A DNA stretch of 64,000 nucleotides from Candidatus Magasanikiibacteriota bacterium. GTDB lineage: Bacteria > Patescibacteriota > Patescibacteriia > Magasanikbacterales > GWA2-37-8. The stretch spans positions 2,020-66,019 of the forward strand of contig JBAYHH010000003.1 in assembly GCA_041666265.1 (NCBI GenBank). The letters are read 5' to 3'. Under the pieces are notes generated by a model. That model saw nothing but the letters and a program-made list of their open reading frames with translations, was not told the origin of the DNA and did not search any database. This document shows, in pieces, positions 16,279 to 25,535 of this stretch (position 1 is the first letter of the stretch; every line of letters begins with the position of its first letter). A program made the translations under genes and the position numbers.

Positions 16279-18396
16279 ATGAAAAAACAAATCGAAATGT
16301 TTATTAAAGGCCTTATTTACGCCTCGTTTTTTGTCCCACTCATCGTTATTCCCTCGTCGTTTATATTTCCGTTTATCGTTCCAAAAATTCTCGCCTTTCG
16401 TACGATTACCGAGCTGATGATGTGCGCTTACGCCTTGCTTTTGGTGATTAATTGGCGTGAGTATCGGCCGAAATTTACCGCGCTCAATTTGGCTTTGGGC
16501 GCGTTTTTGTTGAGTTTTGCTTTGTCGACATTTATTGGGGTTGATCCGTATCATAGTTTTTGGGATAACCACGAGCGTATGTTGGGCCTGTTCACCATCG
16601 CGCATTTTGTCGCCTATTATTTTATTTGCACCGCGGTTTTCAAGACCTGGAGCGATTGGAAGTGGGTGTTGCGGATGTTTTTGATTGGGGGGTCGATCGT
16701 GATGTTTATTGGGGTGTTGCAAGCATGGGTCAATCCGAGTTTGCTTTTAAACAATGGTGCCGCCACGCGTGTGGCCAGTAGCTTGGGCAACGCTATATAT
16801 GTTGGTGGGTATGGTTTATTTTTGTCTTTCGTAGCAGTTTTACTATTTTTGCGTGAAAATAATCCGGTTTGGCGTTGGGTTTATGCAATTCTTGGTATTT
16901 TTGGTGTTTTGGGGTTATTTTACAGCGGTACGCGCGGGTCAATGCTTGGTTTTGTAGCTGGCGCGGGTGTCGCCATGATCGGATATATTATTGCGTTGAA
17001 AGAATACAAAAAAACCCGCCTTGCTTTGATTGGTTTGGCGATTGCCGGAGTGATTTTAATTTCTTTATTTTACATTTTTCGACAAACTGCTTTTGTGAGA
17101 AATTTGCCGGCAGTGGGTCGCACTGTCAACACATCGTTGTCCGATATTGAACGCAGCCCGCGTTGGATTGCGTGGCAAATCGCCATCGAAAGTTGGAAAG
17201 ATCGTCCGATTTTTGGCTGGGGTCCAAATAATTTCTTTTATGCCTTTAACGCGCATTATAATCCCAAGTCGTTGAATTTTGGTTATGGTGAAACCTGGTT
17301 TGATAATGCGCACAATATTATCGTCAATACCTTGGCAGTGCAGGGTGCGTTTGGTTTGATTATATATTTAGCAGTGTTCGTAGTTGGTATCATTAGTTTG
17401 GTAATAGCTTGGAAGAATAATCAACTAAATTATCATATCGCGATTATTGGTAGCGCGTTTTTGGTAGCGCACCTCGTCGGCAATGTGACGGTATTTGAAA
17501 ATCCCACTTCGTATTTGTATTTTATGTTTTGGTTGGCGCTCATAAATAGCGTTTCTGCCACACCTGTCATCCTGAGCGCAGCGAAGGATCTTCACTGTCA
17601 TCCTGAGCCTTGCCTATCGGCAGGCAGGCGTAGCGAAGGATCTAATCGTGTCATTCCCGCGAAAGCGGGAATCCACGGTGGCGACAAGCCCATCAGCTCC
17701 GGCCTTGTCATTGGCGCCGGCGTATTCGCCTTGCTTTTAATTTTTATTTTCAATATCCAACCGGCGCGCGCCAATATGCAGACGCTCGACGCGATTCGTT
17801 ATCTTTCGCAAGATCCCGTTCTCGGTGTTTCTTATACCAAAACCGCGTTGGCGTTTAATTCACCACACATCGATGATATTCGCGCTGACATTGGCCGTAC
17901 TGCCACCCAGATGCTATCGGGCTCGGCCGATAAGCTCGGCAAAGAGCGTAGTCAAGAAATTTTTGAAATCGTTTATCCCGAGTTACAAAAAAATTTGATT
18001 TTACATCCTTTGGACATTCGCAATCAAATCACTTTATCGCAAATGGCGCAGATTGGCTATCAGATCACCAATAATGGTAAATATATCATGGAGGCGCAAA
18101 CGATGCTTGAAGATGCCTTGGTTAAGTCTCCTCGTCGCCAGCAGATTATTTACAGCTTGTCCGCGCTTAAGATGCAGTTAAATCAGGCTCCCGAAGCGGT
18201 GAAATTGCTCGAGCAGACTATCGCGGACAATCCCAATATTGGCGAGAGTTATTGGCGCTTGGCTTATGCGTATAAATTTTTGAATCAAGCAGATAAAATA
18301 GACGAAGTTTTGGCTTTGGCCGAAAAAAATAGCGTTATATTTACCGATGCGGAAAAAAATATTATCGCGCAAATAAAAACCATGCCGGCTAAATAA
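16279..18396 (+). CDS. O-antigen ligase-like (Wzy_C/WaaL family) polytopic membrane protein fused to a C-terminal TPR domain; carries an in-frame family A repeat insertion
   Basis: Multiple TM helices and a Wzy_C-like loop (YSGTRGSMLGF...FGWGPNNFFYAFNAHY...AHNIIVNTLAVQGAFGL). C-terminal TPR-like repeats. Residues encoded by 17561-17683 (TPVILSAAKDLHCHPEPCLSAGRRSEGSNRVIPAKAGIHGG) are a translation of three family A repeats. Confidence 0.75.
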   Translation: MKKQIEMFIKGLIYASFFVPLIVIPSSFIFPFIVPKILAFRTITELMMCAYALLLVINWREYRPKFTALNLALGAFLLSFALSTFIGVDPYHSFWDNHERMLGLFTIAHFVAYYFICTAVFKTWSDWKWVLRMFLIGGSIVMFIGVLQAWVNPSLLLNNGAATRVASSLGNAIYVGGYGLFLSFVAVLLFLRENNPVWRWVYAILGIFGVLGLFYSGTRGSMLGFVAGAGVAMIGYIIALKEYKKTRLALIGLAIAGVILISLFYIFRQTAFVRNLPAVGRTVNTSLSDIERSPRWIAWQIAIESWKDRPIFGWGPNNFFYAFNAHYNPKSLNFGYGETWFDNAHNIIVNTLAVQGAFGLIIYLAVFVVGIISLVIAWKNNQLNYHIAIIGSAFLVAHLVGNVTVFENPTSYLYFMFWLALINSVSATPVILSAAKDLHCHPEPCLSAGRRSEGSNRVIPAKAGIHGGDKPISSGLVIGAGVFALLLIFIFNIQPARANMQTLDAIRYLSQDPVLGVSYTKTALAFNSPHIDDIRADIGRTATQMLSGSADKLGKERSQEIFEIVYPELQKNLILHPLDIRNQITLSQMAQIGYQITNNGKYIMEAQTMLEDALVKSPRRQQIIYSLSALKMQLNQAPEAVKLLEQTIADNPNIGESYWRLAYAYKFLNQADKIDEVLALAEKNSVIFTDAEKNIIAQIKTMPAK
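17565..17676 (+). repeat. three family A repeats lying in-frame inside the CDS at 16279..18396
   Basis: tgtcatcctgagcgcagcgaaggatct; tgtcatcctgagccttgcctatcggcaggcaggcgtagcgaaggatct; tgtcattcccgcgaaagcgggaatc. The last is a perfect 8-bp stem with a GAAA tetraloop. Confidence 0.8.
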
Positions 18397-18397
18397 T

Positions 18398-18503
18398 TTG
18401 TCATTCTGACTTGCCTGCCGCCTGCCTGTCCGGTAGGCAGGGTAGGCAGGGTGTAGCCGAATAATCTATTCCTGTGTCATTCTGAGTATAGCCGAAGAAT
18501 CTA
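18398..18503 (+). repeat. two family A repeats immediately after the stop codon
   Basis: tgtcattctgacttgcctgccgcctgcctgtccggtaggcagggtaggcagg...gaataatct and tgtcattctgagtatagccgaagaatct. Confidence 0.8.
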
Positions 18504-18524
18504 TTTCACATAAATCAAATATTT

Positions 18525-19580
18525 ATGAAAAAAGCCATAATTACCGGTATCACCGGTCAGGACGGATCATATCTTGCCGAACTGCTAATAGAAAAAGGTT
18601 ATCAGGTGCACGGAATTGTTCGTCGTAGCAGTAGTTTTAATACCGGTCGGATTGATCATATTTATCAGGATCCGCACGATGATAATCGCAGGTTATTTAT
18701 GTCTTATGGAGATTTGACTGACGGTAGTAATCTTAGCCGTCTGATTGGGAAAATCAAGCCGGATGAAATATATAATCTCGGCGCCCAAAGTCATGTGCGC
18801 ACCAGTTTTGACATGCCGGTATACACGGGCAATGTCGATGGCTTGGGCACTTTACGCCTTCTTGATGCGATCAAAGATTCGGGCGTCAAAGTCAAATTTT
18901 ATCAAGCCGGATCTTCGGAAATGTTTGGTAAAATTCAAGAGAATCCCCAAAAAGAAACCACGCCGTTTTATCCGCGTTCGCCCTATGGCTGTGCCAAGGT
19001 TTACTCGCATTTTTTGTGCGTGAATTATCGCGAAGCGTACAACATGTTTATTTGTAATGGTATCTTGTTTAATCACGAATCACCGCGTCGTGGTGGCACT
19101 TTTGTGACTAAAAAAGTCACTAATGCTTTTGCTAAGATTAAATTAGGTAAACAAGAAAAAGTATATTTGGGAAATTTGGATGCGAAGCGCGATTGGGGAT
19201 ACGCCAAAGAATATGTGGAGGTGATGTGGAAGATGCTACAGCAAGACCAACCCGATGATTATGTTGTGGCTACCGGTGAGACCCATAGCGTGCGTGAATT
19301 TGTCGAGGAAACGGCTGGTTTGGTAGGATACCAAATTAAGTGGGAAGGCGAAGGTATTAAAGAAAAAGGCGTTGATGTCAAATCCGGTCAGACTTTAGTG
19401 GAGATTGATCCGTATTATTATCGTCCAACCGAGGTGGATTTCCTATTGGGCGATGCTTCCAAAGCAAAAGAAAAATTGGGTTGGGAGCCAAAAACCAAAT
19501 TTAAAGAGCTGGTAAAAATTATGATGACCGCTGAATTTGAAGAGCGGGGATTAGAACCGAGTGATTACCTGTCTTTTTAG
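18525..19580 (+). CDS. gmd: GDP-mannose 4,6-dehydratase
   Basis: [40 protein letters not shown]...: near-textbook Gmd N-terminus and length (351 aa). Confidence 0.92.
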   Translation: MKKAIITGITGQDGSYLAELLIEKGYQVHGIVRRSSSFNTGRIDHIYQDPHDDNRRLFMSYGDLTDGSNLSRLIGKIKPDEIYNLGAQSHVRTSFDMPVYTGNVDGLGTLRLLDAIKDSGVKVKFYQAGSSEMFGKIQENPQKETTPFYPRSPYGCAKVYSHFLCVNYREAYNMFICNGILFNHESPRRGGTFVTKKVTNAFAKIKLGKQEKVYLGNLDAKRDWGYAKEYVEVMWKMLQQDQPDDYVVATGETHSVREFVEETAGLVGYQIKWEGEGIKEKGVDVKSGQTLVEIDPYYYRPTEVDFLLGDASKAKEKLGWEPKTKFKELVKIMMTAEFEERGLEPSDYLSF

Positions 19581-19584
19581 CACA

Positions 19585-19717
19585 CTGTCATTCCGAACGA
19601 ATGTGAGGAATCTTTACCCAGTTGTCATCCTGAGCGTTAGCGAAGGATCTTAATCACCTACAATTCACCTGTCATTCTGAGCGAAGCCCGACCTTAGTTG
19701 GGCGGAGTCGAAGAATC
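19585..19717 (+). repeat. three family A repeats in the gmd-fcl intergenic spacer
   Basis: tgtcattccgaacgaatgtgaggaatct; tgtcatcctgagcgttagcgaaggatct; tgtcattctgagcgaagcccgaccttagttgggcggagtcgaagaatct. Confidence 0.8.
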
Positions 19718-19725
19718 TTTCGTAT

Positions 19726-20679
19726 ATGGAAAAAACCTCCAAAATATACATCGCCGGCCACCGTGGTCTCGTCGGTTCGGCTATTGTCCGTCGTCTGCAA
19801 AAAGACGGCTATGCCAATTTGGTTTTACGCACGCACGCGGAATTAGACTTATTGAGTCAGCAAGCAGTCGCGGATTTTTTTGCCATAGAAAAACCGGAAT
19901 ATGTATTTTTGGCCGCCGCCAAAGTGGGTGGAATTCTCGCTAACAATACTGAGCCAGCGCAGTTTATTTATGAAAATTTACAGATACAAAACAATATTAT
20001 TCATTGCTCGTATTTAAACAAGGTAAGAAAGCTTTTGTTTTTGGGATCTTCGTGTATCTATCCGCGTCTCTGTCCGCAACCAATGAAAGAGGATCATCTA
20101 TTGACCGGACTTTTAGAACCCACCAATGAGCCCTATGCTTTAGCCAAAATCTCTGGTATTAAAATGTGTCAAAGCTACAATCGTCAATATGGCACCAATT
20201 TTATCGCTGTCATGCCGACAAATTTATATGGTCCGGGAGATAATTTTGATTTAAATTCTTCGCATGTCATGCCGGCTCTGATTCGCAAATTTCATGATGC
20301 TAAAATAAACAATGCGCCTACGGTGACGGCGTGGGGGACCGGTAGCCCCAAGCGTGAATTTTTGCATGTTGATGATATGGCTGATGGTTGTGTATTTGTG
20401 ATGAATAATTTCAATCCCACCAAAGAACAAAATGACAAAGGTGAGATATTTTTCAATTTAGGCACCGGAGTCGATGTCACTATCAAGGAATTAACCGAGC
20501 TAGTTAAAAAGACGGTGGGTTTTAATGGTCGTATAGCATGGGATATCACCAAGCCGGATGGCGCGCCACGCAAGCTTCAAGACATGAATAGAATGCATGC
20601 TTTGGGATGGAATCATAAAATTGATTTAGCAGAGGGTGTAAGATTTACTTACGAATGGTATTTGGCAAATGTTAATTAA
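19726..20679 (+). CDS. fcl: GDP-L-fucose synthase (GDP-4-keto-6-deoxy-D-mannose 3,5-epimerase/4-reductase)
   Basis: [19 protein letters not shown]..., ...[16 protein letters not shown]...: Fcl/WcaG signature; 317 aa. Confidence 0.9.
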   Translation: MEKTSKIYIAGHRGLVGSAIVRRLQKDGYANLVLRTHAELDLLSQQAVADFFAIEKPEYVFLAAAKVGGILANNTEPAQFIYENLQIQNNIIHCSYLNKVRKLLFLGSSCIYPRLCPQPMKEDHLLTGLLEPTNEPYALAKISGIKMCQSYNRQYGTNFIAVMPTNLYGPGDNFDLNSSHVMPALIRKFHDAKINNAPTVTAWGTGSPKREFLHVDDMADGCVFVMNNFNPTKEQNDKGEIFFNLGTGVDVTIKELTELVKKTVGFNGRIAWDITKPDGAPRKLQDMNRMHALGWNHKIDLAEGVRFTYEWYLANVN

Positions 20680-22096
20680 TATGGACAAGATTCAGCTCAA
20701 AGAATATTTTAATAGATTGTCGCGGGTGCGACAGAAGCGGGGCGTCCGGAATCGGTATTACCACAACGATATCTATAAATTATTGAATTTTTTGATCCCC
20801 AAAGACGCATCAGTATTAGATGTGGGCTGCGGCGACGGTGAAATATTATCTCGTTTAGGTCGTCCAAAGAGTGTTGGTATCGATTTCAGTCCGGTTGTGA
20901 TAGCTTCGGCCGAACAACAGCATCCGGCAATTGAATTCTTAGAAATGGATGCTGAATATTTGTGTTTAAACAAAAAGTTTGATTATGTTGTAATATCTGA
21001 TACCATCGGTTTTCTAAGTGATATTCAGTCGGCGTTGTCTGGTTTGCATCGAATTTGTCATCCCAAGAGCAAGATCATCATTACTTATTATAATTATTTA
21101 TGGGAGCCTATATTAAAATTGGCGGAAAAACTACACCTTAAAACATCCGAACCGATACAGAATTGGGTTTCGTGTTCCGATGTTGATAATTTATTATATT
21201 TGGCAGGTTTTGAAATAGTAAAAAGAGGAGAGCGATTGCTTTTTCCCAAATATTTTCCGCTACTTTCATCTTTTCTGAATTTTTATTTGGCCAAAATGCC
21301 GCTCTTGCGCCATTTATGTTTAATTAATTATGTGGTAGCGCGCCCTCGTCCGGCCGGAAAAGTGTTGCCCGACCGTGATCCATCCGTCACAGTTTTGATT
21401 CCCGCACGCAATGAAAAGGGGAATATTGAAACCGCCGTGCAACGAGTTCCCAAACTCGGTTCGCATACCGAAATAATTTTTGTGGAAGGCAATTCCACTG
21501 ATAGCACTTGGGAAGAAATTGGTAGAGTCAAAGCAAAATATTCAAATTTGGATATAAAGATGATGAAGCAAGATGGTAGGGGCAAGGGTGACGCTGTGCG
21601 CAAAGGATTTGATGTCGCCAGTGGTGATATTTTAATGATTCTGGATGCAGATTTAACTGTGCGCCCCGAAGAATTACCTAAATTTTACCAGGCGATCGCA
21701 TCTGGGGCAGGGGAGTTTATCAATGGCTCGCGTTTAGTATATCAGCTCGAAGATCAATCAATGCGTTTGTTAAATATTTTTGGCAATAAGTTTTTTAGTC
21801 TAATGTTTAGCTGGTTATTAGATCAGAGATTAAAAGATACGCTTTGTGGCACCAAGGTTATTTGGAAAGATGATTATGAAAGAGTAAAATCTGGCAGATC
21901 TTTTTTTGGAGATTTTGATCCGTTCGGTGACTACGATCTTCTTTTTGGCGCAGCTAAGCTTAATTTGAAAATTGTCGATTTACCCATTCGCTATCAGGCC
22001 AGAACCTATGGCACTACCAATATTTCTCGTTTTCGTCACGGCTGGCTATTATTGCAAATGTGTTTTTTTGCCATGAAGAAAATCAAGTTTATATAA
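20669..22096 (+). CDS. bifunctional class I SAM-methyltransferase / family 2 glycosyltransferase
   Basis: N-terminal [12 protein letters not shown] methyltransferase motif I. C-terminal GT2 domain ([15 protein letters not shown]...[10 protein letters not shown]). An alternative ATG at 20681 avoids overlap with fcl. Confidence 0.7.
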   Translation: MLINMDKIQLKEYFNRLSRVRQKRGVRNRYYHNDIYKLLNFLIPKDASVLDVGCGDGEILSRLGRPKSVGIDFSPVVIASAEQQHPAIEFLEMDAEYLCLNKKFDYVVISDTIGFLSDIQSALSGLHRICHPKSKIIITYYNYLWEPILKLAEKLHLKTSEPIQNWVSCSDVDNLLYLAGFEIVKRGERLLFPKYFPLLSSFLNFYLAKMPLLRHLCLINYVVARPRPAGKVLPDRDPSVTVLIPARNEKGNIETAVQRVPKLGSHTEIIFVEGNSTDSTWEEIGRVKAKYSNLDIKMMKQDGRGKGDAVRKGFDVASGDILMILDADLTVRPEELPKFYQAIASGAGEFINGSRLVYQLEDQSMRLLNIFGNKFFSLMFSWLLDQRLKDTLCGTKVIWKDDYERVKSGRSFFGDFDPFGDYDLLFGAAKLNLKIVDLPIRYQARTYGTTNISRFRHGWLLLQMCFFAMKKIKFI

Positions 22097-22125
22097 CAAG
22101 GCTGTGGATAACTTTTTGACACCTT

Positions 22126-22154
22126 TTGACACCCAATGACACCAGGGGTATAAT
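22126..22154 (+). promoter_or_regulatory. consensus sigma70 promoter TTGACA-N17-TATAAT overlapped by three TGACACC direct repeats
   Basis: TTGACA at 22126-22131, an exact 17-nt spacer, and TATAAT at 22149-22154. TTGACACC, TTGACACC and TGACACC repeat at 22116, 22126 and 22135. The downstream HTH gene starts at 22184. Confidence 0.6.
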
Positions 22155-22183
22155 ACAGGATGTCATTATGATTTTGGCTAACT

Positions 22184-22432
22184 ATGGCAGAAATCAAGCC
22201 AAACGAGGTGTATACAACCCAAGAAGCACAAGAATTGCTTAAAATTAGCAATAGCACCATGAAACGCCTTATAAAGCGTGGTCTTATTCGTGCTAATAAA
22301 ATCGGCAAGCAATATCGCATTTTGGGGCATGATATTTTGAAAATGTTATCACCAGAAGTGGACAAGAAAGCCACTAATTTATACCAAAAGGTTAAAATGA
22401 AGACCATCGAAAAAACAAAAAATTGGGATTAA
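22184..22432 (+). CDS. small HTH DNA-binding protein (excisionase/HTH_17 family)
   Basis: 82 aa; YTTQEAQELLKISNSTMKRLIKRGLIRANKIGKQYRI is a typical excisionase-family HTH. Confidence 0.6.
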   Translation: MAEIKPNEVYTTQEAQELLKISNSTMKRLIKRGLIRANKIGKQYRILGHDILKMLSPEVDKKATNLYQKVKMKTIEKTKNWD

Positions 22433-22476
22433 TTATTTTGTCAATTATAATTTTAATACGACATTTTGTGGGTTAT

Positions 22477-24018
22477 ATGGCTAATTTAGGTCACCAAGTA
22501 ATTAAAAATTCAATTTATAGTTTTATTGGTTTTATCTGGCCTATTTTATTAGCATTTATTGCCACTCCTCTTCTAATCAGAGGGCTTGGTTCGGCTAAGT
22601 TCGGCTATTATATTCTACTTAACGCCAGCGTTGCTTTCTTTGCGTTGTTGGATTTTGGCTTAAGTTATACTTTCATTAAAAAATTATCAGAAGAACCAGA
22701 GAACGCCGGCAATGAATCGGTCAAAAAACTTTTTAGTTCCACTTTTTGGGCCTATTTGGTTATTGGTCTATTGGTATTTTTATTATTATGTTTTTTGCCC
22801 AACCTATTTAACTCATGGTTTAGAATTCCGGATGGTTATGCTTATTCCCATCAGTTAATATTCTTTTGTCTTGGCTTGACTTTTCTCTTCAAGATGTTGT
22901 CGGTTACAATTGGGCAAATTCCTTATGCATTGCAACGATCGGATATTACTACTAAAGTGGCTTTGCTCAATGTTACTTTGGTGCAAGTTGCCAGCGTCAT
23001 CCTGGTACTTACCGGGCACGGCATCGCCTCATTGGTGATTGTACAGTTATTTTCTTCCGTCATTGTTTTTTTGCTTTATTTTTTTATCAGTCGATCAATC
23101 CTGCCCAATCTCAAATTGGAGTTTTATTTTTCCCCTTATTTTTTTAAAGGAATAGCTAAAGATGGTTTTTGGAATTTTATTGCCAGCGGAGCCGGCAATT
23201 TATTAACACAATTAGATAAATTCGTAGTCGGTATATTTTGTGGTTCAACCGGAGTCACTTATTACACTTCGTCTCAGATGATTCCAGAGAAGATCCATTG
23301 TACGGCTTTCAGTTTGTCTATCTGTTTTTTTCCGGTGTTTTCTCGCGCCAGTATTAGCGGGCCAGACGACGGGGTAAGAAAAATATTCAGACGCGGTTTT
23401 AGTATGGTTGCTTTTGTTTCTGGCGGCCTATCTTTGGCTGTGCTTATATATAATTATCAGTTATTAAAATATTGGTTAGGTACGGAAATAGCTGACAACG
23501 CCTCGTTGGCTGTTATTTTTTTGGTTGGCACTTATTTTCTAACATCCTTGGGTAGTTTTGGTAGTTTTTTTGTCAGTGGTTGGAGAAAGCTCAAATTCTC
23601 CGCCTTTACCGCTGTATTGATGGCCGTATTAGATATAATTTTTATGTTTATTTTAATCCCCAGATTTCAGGTGGCCGGAGCAGCTGCCGCTTATCTGCTG
23701 AGTGTGTTGCCGATTCCATTCTTTATTTTATACATTGAAAAAAATTATTTAAAATCCGAAACTATTGGCGCGATTAAATTTTATTTGAAGCATATTTTAA
23801 AAATGGCTATAGTGATTATTCCGGTTTATCTATTTTCGGTGGCTTTCTTTATTCCAATAGCTTCCAGTTTGCTTTCCACGATCTTATTGGGCGGAATATC
23901 TTTTTTATTGTATGTCGGTATTTATTGGTTATTAGGATTTTTTAACCCGGATGATATTAGCTTGCTAAAGGAGTTTATGCAGAGATCTTTGTTAAAATTT
24001 AATTTGAAACATGAATAA
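22477..24018 (+). CDS. polysaccharide/O-antigen flippase (Wzx, MOP superfamily)
   Basis: About 12 TM helices; N-terminus MANLGHQVIKNSIYSFIGF resembles Wzx starts. The ORF-track start at 22423 is probably too far upstream. Confidence 0.65.
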   Translation: MANLGHQVIKNSIYSFIGFIWPILLAFIATPLLIRGLGSAKFGYYILLNASVAFFALLDFGLSYTFIKKLSEEPENAGNESVKKLFSSTFWAYLVIGLLVFLLLCFLPNLFNSWFRIPDGYAYSHQLIFFCLGLTFLFKMLSVTIGQIPYALQRSDITTKVALLNVTLVQVASVILVLTGHGIASLVIVQLFSSVIVFLLYFFISRSILPNLKLEFYFSPYFFKGIAKDGFWNFIASGAGNLLTQLDKFVVGIFCGSTGVTYYTSSQMIPEKIHCTAFSLSICFFPVFSRASISGPDDGVRKIFRRGFSMVAFVSGGLSLAVLIYNYQLLKYWLGTEIADNASLAVIFLVGTYFLTSLGSFGSFFVSGWRKLKFSAFTAVLMAVLDIIFMFILIPRFQVAGAAAAYLLSVLPIPFFILYIEKNYLKSETIGAIKFYLKHILKMAIVIIPVYLFSVAFFIPIASSLLSTILLGGISFLLYVGIYWLLGFFNPDDISLLKEFMQRSLLKFNLKHE

Positions 24019-24895
24019 TAACAAAAATAATTTAACTCCAGAATATTCTATCGGGGTAGTTACTTACATATCGAGATTCGAAGAGTTTTTTATACCTTTA
24101 ATCAAACAGTTGGTTAGTGTGTTTCCCGATAAAGAAATCATTTGTATTATCAACGGGCACCACGATACCTTTTTTCAAATTAATTATTTAAAGCGCGTAA
24201 CTGCTTTTTTAAGCCAGTATCCCAATGTGCGTTATATCACGCACGAAAAACATCAGCCACTCGCCAAATGTTTTAATTGGTTGTTACTCATGACATTCGC
24301 GCCGAGGATGTTGGTTTTAAACGATGATGTTAGTTTGAACTTATTGTTTCGTCAAGATTTTGAAAAACATCTCCAGGAGAACGATTTGTTTTTCGTGATC
24401 AATCGTAGTTGGTGCCATTTTTTGGTTTCAAAGAAATTGGTAAAAGAAATTGGTTGGTTTGACGAAAGATTACCAGGTACCGGCTATGAAGATGGTGATT
24501 ATCATATTCGTATGGTTGAAAAAGGTCAACCGGTTACCAGGGTGGAGTGCCGAGGTCTAATTAATTATGTTGCGCTACAAAACAACCCAGGATGGGCCAC
24601 CATTTCAAAAAAAGTAAGCACGGGACGCTCTGATAAATCTGCTGTCATAAATCGTGACTTTTTTTATTCAAAATATTCTACTGATGGTATATTAAAACCA
24701 GGCATGGAAACCCCTCTTTTTTATGATTATTCATGCTTAGATAATGAAGGCAATTTTGGGGTGTCAAAATTCATATACAAAGACGCCAAACCACCGCTCG
24801 GTCGGATTTTGATGCTACCGGTTTACGCAATTTATAGTTACACTCGTAAGATAGTTAGAATTATATATAGAAGCGTCAAAAAAATATTCAAATAA
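24011..24895 (+). CDS. hypothetical protein, possible GT-A fold glycosyltransferase
   Basis: IGVVTYISRFEEF N-terminus and GWFDERLPGTGYEDGDYHIRM resemble GT2-type motifs. Weak call. Confidence 0.4.
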   Translation: MNNNKNNLTPEYSIGVVTYISRFEEFFIPLIKQLVSVFPDKEIICIINGHHDTFFQINYLKRVTAFLSQYPNVRYITHEKHQPLAKCFNWLLLMTFAPRMLVLNDDVSLNLLFRQDFEKHLQENDLFFVINRSWCHFLVSKKLVKEIGWFDERLPGTGYEDGDYHIRMVEKGQPVTRVECRGLINYVALQNNPGWATISKKVSTGRSDKSAVINRDFFYSKYSTDGILKPGMETPLFYDYSCLDNEGNFGVSKFIYKDAKPPLGRILMLPVYAIYSYTRKIVRIIYRSVKKIFK

Positions 24896-24902
24896 TGTTA
24901 TT

Positions 24903-25535
24903 ATGAAAATTATTGAAGTTAAAAATTTGATTATTCCCGATGTTAAAGTGGTGCGTTTTGAAAGATTTGTTGATAGTCGGGGTTATTTTACCGAAATGTT
25001 TCATCGTCATGAAATCGACAGCGACACCCGGTTTGGTTTTTTAAAGAAATCAGATCTAATTCAAATAAATGAAAGTTTTGTTAAAGCAGGCGTGATTAAA
25101 GGTCTTCATTTTCAGTGGCAACCACCCTTGGGCAAATTACTCCGAGTTATTTCCGGACATATGATTGATATGGTTTTGGATATTCGTAAGGGCTCTCTCA
25201 CCGAAGGTAAAATTATTTTATATGACATGCCGGTTTCGCAATCAGATAATTATGGCGAATGGATTTGGTTGCCTCCCGGTATTGCTCACGGTAATATATT
25301 CTTGGAAGATAGTATTATAGAATATTTATTTACCGCCCCCTATAATAGCGCTGGCGAGAGTAGTATTTTTCCATTTTCAGAGGATATTGACTGGTCGTTG
25401 TGTGATCCAATTTTAAAGGATAAATTTAAAAAATTTGAATCCGGTAATTTTGTCATTAGCGATAAAGATAAAACAGGCCAATCATTTTTGGAGTGGAATC
25501 ACCACAATCAATCAAAAAATTTTATATATGTATAA
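24903..25535 (+). CDS. dTDP-4-dehydrorhamnose 3,5-epimerase-like cupin (RmlC family)
   Basis: FVDSRGYFTE, GLHFQ, KLLRVISGHMIDMVLDIRKGS, PPGIAHGNIFLED: the RmlC catalytic motif pattern. Confidence 0.75.
   Translation: MKIIEVKNLIIPDVKVVRFERFVDSRGYFTEMFHRHEIDSDTRFGFLKKSDLIQINESFVKAGVIKGLHFQWQPPLGKLLRVISGHMIDMVLDIRKGSLTEGKIILYDMPVSQSDNYGEWIWLPPGIAHGNIFLEDSIIEYLFTAPYNSAGESSIFPFSEDIDWSLCDPILKDKFKKFESGNFVISDKDKTGQSFLEWNHHNQSKNFIYV

Noticed and set aside
7205-22112. Replication origin (DnaA boxes)
   Set aside because: Five perfect TTATCCACA 9-mers are present but dispersed over 21 kb, not clustered. No dnaA or dnaN nearby, and two are embedded in a terminator repeat module.
22423-22476. Upstream extension of the Wzx ORF (MGLIILSIIILIRHFVGY)
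   Set aside because: Overlaps the HTH gene end. The MANLGHQVIKNSIY start at 22477 matches typical Wzx N-termini better. The true start remains uncertain.
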